From assembly GCA_902781505.1 (NCBI GenBank), contig CACZJL010000007.1, forward strand, positions 5,869-69,868: DNA of 64,000 bases, read 5' to 3'. The notes beneath the pieces are model-generated. The model ran no database searches. It was given only the letters and a program-made list of their open reading frames with translations, and had not been told where the DNA came from. Shown piece after piece: positions 38,505 through 47,784 of the stretch. This DNA is from an uncultured Lachnospiraceae bacterium (GTDB taxonomy: Bacteria > Bacillota > Clostridia > Lachnospirales > Lachnospiraceae). A program made the translations under genes and the position numbers. Positions within the stretch are counted from its first letter, which is position 1. Every line of letters starts with the position of its first letter.

Positions 38505-38759
38505 ATCACAAAATATTGTACTTTTTTTAAACCTGCCACTCAGAAGGTTGTGCATTCTTAAAAAACATGGTATTTATTAGTTGAGCGTTATTCTTTGGAA
38601 AATGCATTGCAATTACTTTATTTTTTAAGAAAACTGACCGTTCTGACGGCAGGAATTTTTATACCTGAAAAGGTGCATTCTGAAGTTAATATATCGCTCT
38701 AATAAATTTCCGACATGCAGGATTTTGTGTTGCCGCATGATTGGAAGAAAGAGGATATT

Positions 38760-39392
38760 ATGAAAACACAATTTATCTCAGCAAGCAGCTCCATGAAGAG
38801 CACAAAGTACATGGTTGAACTTGCACTCATGATTGCCGTTACACTCGTTATGGCATTCACCCCACTTGGTTACATTAAACTCCCGCTGTTAAGCGCATCA
38901 TTGCTCACCATTCCGGTTGCAGTTGCAGCTGTCATGCTCGGCCCTGTCGGAGGCCTGACCATCGGACTCGTTTTCGGTCTCACAAGCTTTTACATGGCAC
39001 TTACCGGTTCTTCTGCATTAGCAGCTCAGCTTATGGCAATCAATCCGGTCTTCTGTTTCCTGCAGACCGTTGGCGCAAGAGCGATAGATGGCTTATGCTG
39101 CGGACTGATTTTTAAGGCAATGCACAACAATGCTAAGACTGCCCCATTCTCTTACTATGTCGCAAGCTTTGCCGCTCCTGTTTTAAACACTGTTTTCTTC
39201 ATGGGTATCATGATGCTTTGCTACTACAACACAGAATACATCCAGGGCTTTGTCACAAAGTTCGGTGTAAACAACCCATTCTCCCTAGTAGTTGCCATGG
39301 TTGGCGTACAGGGCTTGCTCGAAGCTGTTGTCTGCACGGTAATCGGTTCCATCCTGTCCCGTGTTCTTTTTAAGGTAATGCACGCAGCTTAA
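38760..39392 (+). CDS. ECF transporter S component (substrate unknown)
   Basis: The product is a roughly 210-aa protein with 5-6 TM segments and an S-component-like layout. The ATG at 38760 follows AAGAAAGAGG. No ECF A or T genes lie nearby. Confidence 0.6.
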   Translation: MKTQFISASSSMKSTKYMVELALMIAVTLVMAFTPLGYIKLPLLSASLLTIPVAVAAVMLGPVGGLTIGLVFGLTSFYMALTGSSALAAQLMAINPVFCFLQTVGARAIDGLCCGLIFKAMHNNAKTAPFSYYVASFAAPVLNTVFFMGIMMLCYYNTEYIQGFVTKFGVNNPFSLVVAMVGVQGLLEAVVCTVIGSILSRVLFKVMHAA

Positions 39393-39436
39393 TTTCTCCT
39401 TATTTTTTTATAAATCTTCGTCCGATTTGCAGACGC

Positions 39437-39480
39437 AAAAAAAGCCCTCATTCATTTGCAGGAATGAGGGCTTTCATTAT
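39437..39480. terminator. Bidirectional terminator
   Basis: An 11-bp stem pairs AGCCCTCATTC (39443-39453) with GAATGAGGGCT (39462-39472). An A-run and a T-rich tract flank it, and it sits between convergent genes. Confidence 0.8.
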
Positions 39481-39495
39481 TCTGATACACAGGCG

Positions 39496-40317
39496 TTACA
39501 ATTCTTCTCCGTTTAGAATAAACTTTTCAATCACATACGCCACACCATCATCATCATTTGAAGGAGCGATAAAGTCAGCGTAACGCTTTACTTCCGGATA
39601 TGCATTCTCCATCGCTACAGAAAGGCCGGCATACTGAAGCATCGGCACATCGTTTGCTCCATCACCGCATGCTATCAGTTCTTCTCTCTTAACACCGATT
39701 CTGCCCAAAAGCTCGTCAAGCGATGTACTCTTGGCCACGTTTTTCGGTACCAGTTCAAGGAAAATATCCTGCGAAAAGAAGACATCAATAACATCACCGT
39801 GCAGTTTTATTAAGCGTTTCTGTAACGGAAGCAGCTTTTCATGAGGACCGGCAACCAGAATCTTTGCAACCTCATAGTCAACAAACTTCTCGAGATTATC
39901 TACCTTCATAACCTTAGCACCATTACATCTGGCTTCCTCAAGCACATATGGATCCATATCCGATTCCGAAATCACCTTATCTCCATAATAGGTCAGAGGA
40001 TAAACTCCGGCTTTCTTTGATTCCTCACAGATATCTTTCATAACTCCTTCCGGCATCACATACGATACCAGGAGCTTTCCGGTTCTGCAATCAACGATAT
40101 TTCCGCCATTATAGGCCAGGATATATCCGCCAAGATTCTTCAAATCCAGAATATCAGCCACCGGTTCCACGCCAAACAATGGACGACCGGACGCTAAAAT
40201 CACCTTCACACCCTTTTCAATCGCCTTTTTGCAGGCCTCAATATTCACATCCGAAACGTTCTTTTCTGAATCTGTTAATGTTCCGTCCAGATCCAGCGCA
40301 ATTGCCTTATACTTCAT
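39496..40317 (-). CDS. Cof-type HAD-IIB sugar phosphatase
   Basis: Motifs IALDLDGTL, ASGRP and GDGANDVPM are present. The ATG at 40317, 5 nt after AAGAGG, is preferred over the GTG at 40323. Confidence 0.85.
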   Translation of the reverse strand: MKYKAIALDLDGTLTDSEKNVSDVNIEACKKAIEKGVKVILASGRPLFGVEPVADILDLKNLGGYILAYNGGNIVDCRTGKLLVSYVMPEGVMKDICEESKKAGVYPLTYYGDKVISESDMDPYVLEEARCNGAKVMKVDNLEKFVDYEVAKILVAGPHEKLLPLQKRLIKLHGDVIDVFFSQDIFLELVPKNVAKSTSLDELLGRIGVKREELIACGDGANDVPMLQYAGLSVAMENAYPEVKRYADFIAPSNDDDGVAYVIEKFILNGEEL

Positions 40318-40332
40318 CTGCACCTCTTAAAA

Positions 40333-41760
40333 CTAAACCTCAAGGTATTCCCTGCGATTAGCTGTCATTTCACTTTCTTCTTTCTTTTCCTCTGAATCCG
40401 TATCTGATTCCATTTTTTTCTCTTCTGCAATTTTAGGAACCGCCTCAATATCGCGCATCTCAATCAGAGGTGCACCCTTTCCTTCCACATAGTCCCCTGT
40501 AATCGTCACTTTGCCAATATTCGGGTCCTTCGGTATCTCATACATGATATCCAGCATCAGATTCTCTAATGTCGAACGAAGTGCTCTTGCTCCTGTCTTC
40601 TTCTCCATCGCCTTCTCAGCGATTTTCTCTAACGCCTTATCATCAAATTCCAGATTCACCTCATCTAATGCCAGAAGCTTCTGATACTGCTTGATAATCG
40701 CATTCTTCGGGTCCTTTAAAATTGATACCAGCATATCCTGATCAAGTGCCTGTAAGGAGAATACAATCGGCAGTCTTCCAAGAAACTCCGGAATCATACC
40801 AAATTCTCTTAAGTCTTCAATAGTCACCTTCTGTAAGATATTCGGATCATCCTTATATTCATCCTTTAATTCCGCGTTAAAACCAATGGAAGAGCTCTCT
40901 GTCAGACGGTTTCTGATAATTTCTTCAAGCCCCGGGAAGGCTCCTCCGCAGATAAAGAGAATGTTTCTGGTATTGACCTTAACCAGCGGAACCATGGCAT
41001 TCTTTGAGGAGGCTCCAACCGGAACTTCAACCTCACTGCCTTCTAAGAGCTTTAACATTCCCTGCTGAACCGATTCACCGGAGACATCCCGGCTTCTGGT
41101 TTCTTTCTTTTTCGCAATCTTATCAATCTCATCTATAAAGACGATACCGTGCTCTGCCTTCTTAACATTGCCACCGGCCGCATCAAGGAGCTTGCTGATG
41201 ACGCTCTCAATATCATCACCAATGTAACCTGCCTCCGTCAGTGACGTCGCATCCGCAATGGCAAGCGGTACCTCAAGCATTCTCGCAATCGTTCTGACAA
41301 GATAGGTTTTACCTGAACCTGTCGGTCCGATCATCAGCATGTTAGACTTCTCAATTTCGATATCATCCATTGTGTTTGTCGCCACCCTCTTATAGTGGTT
41401 GTAAACTGCAACAGACATTACCTTCTTCGCCTGATCCTGTCCAATGACGAAATCATCGAGACGCTGTTTAATCACATGCGGAGCTGGAACATCCGCGAGA
41501 TTCAGCTGAATATCTTCCTCTTCTTCCTCTTTCTTTGAAGCGTCAGGAGCCTGCCCGAAACGAAATCCTCTGAATCCGTTCATGAACGGCTGCATTTGCC
41601 GCATCATTTCCTCATACTCTTCCTTTGTCTTCGGCATGGAATCATACGCCTGCTTCATACAATCCTGGCAAATGTACATACCACTCTGGAATTCTGTTAA
41701 TTTACCTGCGGTCTCTTCACTTCTGCCGCAAACCATACATTTTTTAATATTTTCAGCCAT
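40333..41760 (-). CDS. clpX: ATP-dependent Clp protease ATP-binding subunit ClpX
   Basis: The N-terminal zinc-binding domain has CMVCGR...CQDC. Walker A is GPTGSGKT, the pore loop reads GYIGDD, and an IGF loop (SSIGFNA) is present. Compared with my recollection of typical ClpX, the N-domain linker is extended and acidic and there is an acidic C-terminal tail. Confidence 0.9.
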   Translation of the reverse strand: MAENIKKCMVCGRSEETAGKLTEFQSGMYICQDCMKQAYDSMPKTKEEYEEMMRQMQPFMNGFRGFRFGQAPDASKKEEEEEDIQLNLADVPAPHVIKQRLDDFVIGQDQAKKVMSVAVYNHYKRVATNTMDDIEIEKSNMLMIGPTGSGKTYLVRTIARMLEVPLAIADATSLTEAGYIGDDIESVISKLLDAAGGNVKKAEHGIVFIDEIDKIAKKKETRSRDVSGESVQQGMLKLLEGSEVEVPVGASSKNAMVPLVKVNTRNILFICGGAFPGLEEIIRNRLTESSSIGFNAELKDEYKDDPNILQKVTIEDLREFGMIPEFLGRLPIVFSLQALDQDMLVSILKDPKNAIIKQYQKLLALDEVNLEFDDKALEKIAEKAMEKKTGARALRSTLENLMLDIMYEIPKDPNIGKVTITGDYVEGKGAPLIEMRDIEAVPKIAEEKKMESDTDSEEKKEESEMTANRREYLEV

Positions 41761-41827
41761 ATCTGACCTCTTTCACTTGATTTATATCACTTAGAATACG
41801 GAATTCTGCCCAAAAAAGCAAGTATAC

Positions 41828-41885
41828 AAAAACCGCGGCACGCATCCTGCACATGATCTTTGCAAAGACGTTCACCGCGGTTTAT
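41828..41885 (-). terminator. Probable terminator after htrA (long-loop hairpin)
   Basis: AAACCGCGG and CCGCGGTTT (core CCGCGG at 41833-41838 and 41875-41880) flank a 36-nt loop that contains the palindrome CTTTGCAAAG. A T-run follows on the minus strand. Confidence 0.5.
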
Positions 41886-41902
41886 TAAATCAACCGGAAT
41901 TA

Positions 41903-43207
41903 TTATTTACCTGTATTTTCGCTCTGACTGCCAAGTGTTACCTCAGCTGTCTTTAACACATAAGAGGAGTTCTCCATGTGATAATAGCCAACCGTTACAG
42001 TCTCTCCGGCCTTATAGTAGTTCAATGTTTCACTTAAAGAAGACTGTGATGTAACGGACTTTCCGTCAAGAGTCACAATGATGTCGTAATCACCAAGTCC
42101 TGCCTTCTCTGCAGGAGAACCTGACTGAACATATTTAATCATCAGACCCTGAGGATAGCCGTAGGAAGAAGCGACAGAACTTGTAATATCAAGTCCTGAG
42201 ATTCCAAGGAATCCCTTATCAGAAGAACTTACCTTTGTTCTTGTCTCTGCGGAGCTTAAAGAATCAATCAGGTCCTTAACGGTAGAAACAGGAATCGCAT
42301 AAGCCATGCCTTCTACACCGGTCTCACTGGTCTTGGCAAAGTTAATTGCAATGACCTTACCATTTGTATCGAGCAGCGCGCCGCCGGAGTTACCGGAGTT
42401 AATTGCTGCATCCGTCATCATCAGGTTGCTGAAGGTGTAGTTGCTGACTGTAATTTCACGATTCAGTGCACTGACATATCCAACTGTTACGGACTGTCCT
42501 TCACCTAACGCATTACCAATGGCAATAACCTGGTTACCAACTTCAACGGTATCGGAATCGCCAAGCTCTGCAATAGAAATCGCATTTAATGTGCTTTCCT
42601 TCATATCTGTTACCTTGACAGAAACGACAGCGACATCCTTGTCAGTACGAACGCCCTTAACAGAGCAGGTTACAGACTGTCCATCGACAAACACTACCTT
42701 CAGGTCATCAACGTTATTAACAACATGAGCATTGGTAAGAACAATCAGTTCCCCTTCGTTTTGTCCGATGATGATACCGGTACCGGATACGGAATAGGTC
42801 TGTGACTGGTTTCCAAACCAGTATGAGCTTCCTGTAGAAGTCTCCGATCCTGTAATTTCAACCATTGCCGGCAGAGTTGCCTTTGCAATTGCTGTGACAT
42901 CTGAAGTTCCTGCTGATGACGTTCCGCTGCTACTTGATGTCAGCGTATTTGTCGTAGTATTAATGGTCACATTTTTATTATTCAGCTCTTTGTTGCCAAA
43001 ATAGGTAATACCAACCATCGTTCCGCCGGCAACCACGCCAAAAATCACGCCTGAAAGAACCAGACCGCAAACCTTCTTCACAAAAGGATTCATTGGCTTC
43101 TTAGGCTTTCTGCCTGCTCCTCCGGTTGTTCCTGTGCTCCCTGTATAATTCACACTTCCAGGATCACTTGTGCTGCCTGCATAGTTAGAATCGTAAAAAT
43201 CATCCAT
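41903..43207 (-). CDS. htrA: HtrA/DegP-family serine protease (S1C) with PDZ domain
   Basis: An N-terminal TM anchor precedes the catalytic motifs TNAHVV and GNSGGALLD and a C-terminal PDZ-like domain. The ATG lies 7 nt after AGGAGG. Confidence 0.9.
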   Translation of the reverse strand: MDDFYDSNYAGSTSDPGSVNYTGSTGTTGGAGRKPKKPMNPFVKKVCGLVLSGVIFGVVAGGTMVGITYFGNKELNNKNVTINTTTNTLTSSSSGTSSAGTSDVTAIAKATLPAMVEITGSETSTGSSYWFGNQSQTYSVSGTGIIIGQNEGELIVLTNAHVVNNVDDLKVVFVDGQSVTCSVKGVRTDKDVAVVSVKVTDMKESTLNAISIAELGDSDTVEVGNQVIAIGNALGEGQSVTVGYVSALNREITVSNYTFSNLMMTDAAINSGNSGGALLDTNGKVIAINFAKTSETGVEGMAYAIPVSTVKDLIDSLSSAETRTKVSSSDKGFLGISGLDITSSVASSYGYPQGLMIKYVQSGSPAEKAGLGDYDIIVTLDGKSVTSQSSLSETLNYYKAGETVTVGYYHMENSSYVLKTAEVTLGSQSENTGK

Positions 43208-43398
43208 CTTTTTACCTCCTTATATGAATCAAGCCGTATTCAAACTCGAGTTTATTCGCTAAAGGTCATCTTTTAAGCCCATATAACGGTCTTTTAAAGT
43301 ACCTTCCTTAAGACAATTGTTATATTACTCTGTAATTGTGTTTAATTTGTGTGCATTGCACCAAAAACTGTGAAGTAAATGTGAAATTTCCGCCATGC

Positions 43399-43464
43399 CT
43401 TTAGCGATGCCTTGAAGGGGCTTAAGTGAAGCCTCGAAGGGACTTTAGCGAAGTCTCGAAGGGC
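43399..43464. repeat. Three tandem imperfect 22-bp direct repeats
   Basis: The units are CTTTAGCGATGCCTTGAAGGGG, CTTAAGTGAAGCCTCGAAGGGA and CTTTAGCGAAGTCTCGAAGGGC, read directly. An inverted copy of the CTTTAGCGAA core lies near 43250-43262. Confidence 0.8.
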
Positions 43465-43489
43465 CTCTCTGTCAACTCCCTCAGGCCGT

Positions 43490-43520
43490 AAAAAAACCCA
43501 TCGCCGTAAAGGTCGATGGG
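43490..43520 (-). terminator. Terminator after the phosphoglucomutase gene
   Basis: The stem pairs CCCATCG (43497-43503) with CGATGGG (43514-43520), with extra inner pairs. Seven T residues follow on the minus strand. Confidence 0.75.
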
Positions 43521-43602
43521 TATTACAATTTTTATGTCTGTTAAATCAGGACCGCAGTGCTATAATCTGCTGTACACCTGCTGTTTGCCTGTTAATCAGC
43601 AA

Positions 43603-45330
43603 TTACTGTCCGATTAAAGCCATAACTTCCTTTGTCAGCTCATCAAGCTGCTCCTCAGAATCAGAAAGGCTTGTTCCCTTAACGCCCATGTAGAACTTGA
43701 TCTTTGGCTCTGTGCCGGATGGTCTTGCGCAGCACCATGCATTGTCAGAAAGCTGGAAGTATAAAACGTTAGAAACCGGGAGTCCTGTTTCCTTTGTCTC
43801 ATTTGTTTCAAGGTCAACAATCTTGTTCTCCTTGTAATCACGGAACTCTTCAACCTTCCACTTACCAATTGTCTTTGGAGGATTGCTTCTTAACTGATCC
43901 ATAAGAGCTGCAATTTCCTTAGCGCCTTCTGCACCCTTCATTGTGATTGCCTTCTGGCCTTCACGGTAGTAACCGTACTTCTCATAGATATTTAACATCT
44001 GATCCCAGAGAGTGATGCCCTTGCTCTTGTAGTAAGCTGCTGCTTCGGCTAATGCCATAACGGCAGATGGAGCATCCTTATCTCTTGCATGTGTACCAAC
44101 GAGACAGCCGTAAGACTCCTCGAAACCAAACTCATAGAAGTAAGAGTTGTTCTGCTCAAAGAACTTAATCTGCTCACCGATAAACTTGAAGCCTGTCAGA
44201 ACTTCAATCAGCTTTAAGCCGTATTCCTTTGCAATTGCCTTGGCAAGTTCTGTAGAAACGATAGTTGTAACAAATGCGCCGTTGTCGTGAAGAAGATTCT
44301 TCTCCTTTCTCTGAGAAAGAAGGTATTCTGCAATCAGCATTGCGGACATGTTACCTGTAAATGGCATGTATTCGCCTGTCTTAGTGTCCTTTGCATAAAT
44401 ACCAAGACGGTCAGCATCAGGGTCAGTTGCCATAACGATATCTGCATCCTTCTCCTTCGCAAGAGCTAATGCATATTCAAATGCCTTAGGATCTTCCGGA
44501 TTTGGATATGCAAGAGTTGTGAAGTTTGGATCTGGCTTCTCCTGTTCCGGAACGATGTAAACGTGCTTGAAACCAAGTTCCTTTAATACACGTCTTACGA
44601 AAATATTACCTGTTCCATGGAATGGTGTATAAACGATCTTTAAATCATCAGCAACCTGCTTGATAACTTCTTCATTCAAGCAGTTATTCTTCAGAGCCCG
44701 GATGTACTTGTCATCCATCTCAAAACCAATCACATTGTAAAGACCTGCAACACTTGCAGCTTCCTTATCCATTGTCTTTACGCTGTTGTAATCTGTAACA
44801 TTACGAACCTCAGTGATAATCTGTGTATCCTTTGGAGCTGTAATCTGAGCACCATCTTCCCAATAAACCTTGTAACCATTGTATTCCGGTGGATTGTGGC
44901 TCGCTGTCACAACAATACCTGCGATGCAGTGAAGCTCTCTTAATGCGAATGAAAGCTCTGGTGTTGGACGAAGGGAGGGAAAAATAAATGCCTTAATTCC
45001 ATTTGCAGCCAGGCACAGTGCAGCCTCTTCTGCGAATTCAGGAGACATTCTTCTGCAGTCATATGCAATCGCAACACCGCGGTCAGCACCGTTCTCCTTG
45101 AGAATGAAATTAGCAAGACCCTGTGTAGCCTTTCTTACGGTGTAGATATTCATGCGGTTTGTACCGATGCCGATTACTCCACGTAAACCACCTGTACCAA
45201 ATTCAAGATCTTTGTAGAAGCGATCTTCGATTTCTGCCTCATTTCCTTCGATAGACTTTAACTCTGCCTTGGCAGCCTCATCGAAGTATGGATTTTCACA
45301 CCATTCCTTATAGGTTTCCATATAACCCAT
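43603..45330 (-). CDS. pgcA: Phosphoglucomutase/phosphomannomutase (PgcA-like, 575 aa)
   Basis: The active-site loop is TASHNPPEYNGYKV and the Mg-binding loop is DPDADR. Size and motifs fit the PgcA type rather than GlmM. Confidence 0.85.
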   Translation of the reverse strand: MGYMETYKEWCENPYFDEAAKAELKSIEGNEAEIEDRFYKDLEFGTGGLRGVIGIGTNRMNIYTVRKATQGLANFILKENGADRGVAIAYDCRRMSPEFAEEAALCLAANGIKAFIFPSLRPTPELSFALRELHCIAGIVVTASHNPPEYNGYKVYWEDGAQITAPKDTQIITEVRNVTDYNSVKTMDKEAASVAGLYNVIGFEMDDKYIRALKNNCLNEEVIKQVADDLKIVYTPFHGTGNIFVRRVLKELGFKHVYIVPEQEKPDPNFTTLAYPNPEDPKAFEYALALAKEKDADIVMATDPDADRLGIYAKDTKTGEYMPFTGNMSAMLIAEYLLSQRKEKNLLHDNGAFVTTIVSTELAKAIAKEYGLKLIEVLTGFKFIGEQIKFFEQNNSYFYEFGFEESYGCLVGTHARDKDAPSAVMALAEAAAYYKSKGITLWDQMLNIYEKYGYYREGQKAITMKGAEGAKEIAALMDQLRSNPPKTIGKWKVEEFRDYKENKIVDLETNETKETGLPVSNVLYFQLSDNAWCCARPSGTEPKIKFYMGVKGTSLSDSEEQLDELTKEVMALIGQ

Positions 45331-45395
45331 GTCACTTACCTCTCTTTATAAATAATATTAATAATTGACTCAATTTAACAGAGTCCATTTTATAC

Positions 45396-45677
45396 TTATT
45401 CTTCCTCATCTGCAACCGAATCTGTTAAAGCTTTCACGCATTCAGCGAGTGCCTCCTTCTCATCCGGTCCTTCTGCCGTGAGGATTACTGTATCCCCCTG
45501 TTTTACGCCCGCTGCAAGAAGTGAAATCACACTCTTGCACGTTGAATGGCTTTCAAAATTCTCACCAAAAAGCAGACGAATCTTTGAAGTATACTTTAAG
45601 GCCGCTTCAGAAAGGGCCGTTGCAGGTCTTAAATGAATTCCAAGCCTGCCTTTAATCGTTATTTTTTCTTGTCTCAT
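45396..45677 (-). CDS. HPr-family phosphocarrier protein
   Basis: The 93-aa product has a His-15 region (GRLGIHLRPAT) and a Ser-46 region (CKSVISLLA). The ATG overlaps the cdaR stop codon (ATGA). Confidence 0.8.
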   Translation of the reverse strand: MRQEKITIKGRLGIHLRPATALSEAALKYTSKIRLLFGENFESHSTCKSVISLLAAGVKQGDTVILTAEGPDEKEALAECVKALTDSVADEEE

Positions 45678-46903
45678 TTTTCCTTTACGTTGACAGTTAC
45701 CGAATAACTGCCGCTGATGGTAACACCTGACGGTGCGGTAAATGTTACAGGAAGCTGTTTCTCACCGACGGTTACACCGGAAAGAGAAACAACAGGGTTC
45801 AGTTCCTGTGGCTGAATCGTGCCATCCGGTATTTCTCCCGTGAGAACAACCTTCAATGCAGAACCTGTAAGAGTTGCCGTAAGGTTTTCTGCAAGTCCTT
45901 CTATTTTGATATCCTTTAATGCTACATCAACCGTTTTATTTCGATTATCAATCACCTGAACATTGATTGTTATCATGTCTTCCGTCACCATGGATACCCC
46001 TTCTGGCGCATAGTCTGAAAGCCAGATTCTGAAGGTTGTATCTTCTTTTAATCCATCAACATTTAAAACGGAGGACGGCACGGCAAATTCCTGAATATTA
46101 TCAAGTACGGACTTTGCTCCGGAAATATTAACTGAAGCGGTGCTTGGCGTAACCTTGCCAAGTGTGTAGCCATTTGCCACACTGCCACTCGTTACAACCT
46201 TTAACGGAACGGATTTTGTCTGTTTCACTGTCGCCGTATAGACAACTTCCGTCTCAGAAAGTGTCAGATTATCGACACTGATGACGTTTCCATCAACATC
46301 ATACAGCATAATGGATGCCTGATCATTGATGTCCGAATTCACATTCGATACATCGTAGATTGCACGTACACGGCTGATGCTGTCAATTTTTGAGGTCGGA
46401 CCGGTAATCTTGACAAGAGACGGCGTAATCGACTCATTTGAAATCGTATAGCCTGACTCCGGTGTTCCACTTGTTGTAAGTGTAATACTGAATTCCTGTG
46501 TCTTTCGATTCTCAATATCAAGCTCCACCGCAGATGTATTCGGCGTTACCGTAACTCCGGTCAGCTTTCTGCCGTTTTTCATTACGGTTACATGGATATC
46601 TGCATAATTAGAGTAAGCACTCATCTCACTCAAATCGGCTTTCGCAACGATATCAGAAGCCTTGATTTCACTGATGATACTTAACGGACCGCTGAGGGTA
46701 ACAGAAATCTTTCCGCCATCCACAACCGAGTACGTGTAGCCTTTTTCTGTAAGCGCCGATTCATTCTCAAGAACCACGGATACATTGCTGACCGTTACGG
46801 TCTTTTTCGGATCATAGACATTTACAATCATGGCCCAGAGTACAAAACCGGAAATCAGAGCAATCAGCTTCAGAGAGAAGTTATTAAAAATTAATTTCTT
46901 CAT
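45674..46903 (-). CDS. cdaR: YbbR-domain protein (CdaR-like regulator of CdaA)
   Basis: An N-terminal TM segment precedes repeated beta-rich YbbR-like modules. The position immediately after cdaA, with an ATGA overlap, supports the call. Confidence 0.75.
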   Translation of the reverse strand: MKKLIFNNFSLKLIALISGFVLWAMIVNVYDPKKTVTVSNVSVVLENESALTEKGYTYSVVDGGKISVTLSGPLSIISEIKASDIVAKADLSEMSAYSNYADIHVTVMKNGRKLTGVTVTPNTSAVELDIENRKTQEFSITLTTSGTPESGYTISNESITPSLVKITGPTSKIDSISRVRAIYDVSNVNSDINDQASIMLYDVDGNVISVDNLTLSETEVVYTATVKQTKSVPLKVVTSGSVANGYTLGKVTPSTASVNISGAKSVLDNIQEFAVPSSVLNVDGLKEDTTFRIWLSDYAPEGVSMVTEDMITINVQVIDNRNKTVDVALKDIKIEGLAENLTATLTGSALKVVLTGEIPDGTIQPQELNPVVSLSGVTVGEKQLPVTFTAPSGVTISGSYSVTVNVKEK

Positions 46904-47784
46904 GAACGATCCTCCTTATTCTCTGCATTTTTACCTCTAAGCATGGAGAAGAATGAGAATCTGCGCATTTCCATTCCTGAGCTTGTACGAAGGGCATCGA
47001 GTTCCTTTCGTAAGGTCTCACGATTCACATCTCTTTGTAAGACACCACTCTGTGCAATGGAAACCGCACCGGTCTCTTCTGAAACAATAATCGTAAGGGA
47101 ATCGGTCACTTCACTGATTCCGACACCGGCACGATGTCTTGTGCCAAGCTCCTTACTCAGATTGACATTGTCTGAAAGCGGCAGATAACATGTCGCTGCC
47201 ACAACTCTGTCGCCACGAACAACAACCGCACCATCATGAAGCGGCGTATTGTGTTCGAAAATGTTAATCAGCAGCTGGCTTGTAAGCAGGCCATCCACCT
47301 CAATTCCTGTCTTAATATACTCATCAAGATGAAAATTTTTTTCAATTACAATCAGGGCCCCCGTCTTCACGGCTCCCATCTCAAAAGCAGCACGGATCAG
47401 CTCATTCTCTGTCTTTGTCGAGAACATGCCACCCTTAGCCTGCGCCTTATCTCCATTTAAGAAATCAAACGCAATCTTCTTTCGTCCGAGCTGTTCAAGT
47501 GCTCTGCGAAGTTCCGGCTGAAAGATAATTACCAGCGCAATAATACCGACTGAAATCGTCTTCTGCGCCAGCCAGATGATGGTTCGCAGATTGAGCATCC
47601 AGGCGACCATAGCGAAAAGCAGAATAATAATCATGCCCTTTAAAACCGCATACGCCTTGGTGTTCATAATCCATGCCAGCACGTAGTAAATTGCTGCTAC
47701 CATCAGAAAGATTTCAATCACATCTGACACACCAATGGAAGGAATATAAAATTGCGAAAAAAAGAAATCTAATATGTTGTTCAC
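46900..47784 (-). CDS. cdaA: Diadenylate cyclase CdaA (membrane-bound DAC domain)
   Basis: Three N-terminal TM helices precede DAC motifs (DGAVVV, RHRAGVGISEVTDSLTIIVSEETG). The GTG start overlaps the upstream TGA stop (GTGA). Confidence 0.9.
   Translation of the reverse strand: MNNILDFFFSQFYIPSIGVSDVIEIFLMVAAIYYVLAWIMNTKAYAVLKGMIIILLFAMVAWMLNLRTIIWLAQKTISVGIIALVIIFQPELRRALEQLGRKKIAFDFLNGDKAQAKGGMFSTKTENELIRAAFEMGAVKTGALIVIEKNFHLDEYIKTGIEVDGLLTSQLLINIFEHNTPLHDGAVVVRGDRVVAATCYLPLSDNVNLSKELGTRHRAGVGISEVTDSLTIIVSEETGAVSIAQSGVLQRDVNRETLRKELDALRTSSGMEMRRFSFFSMLRGKNAENKEDRS

Noticed and set aside
43399-43464. The possibility that the 22-bp repeats form a mini CRISPR array
   Set aside because: The units are directly adjacent with no spacers, there are only three imperfect copies, and no cas genes are present. 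I report them as a tandem repeat only.
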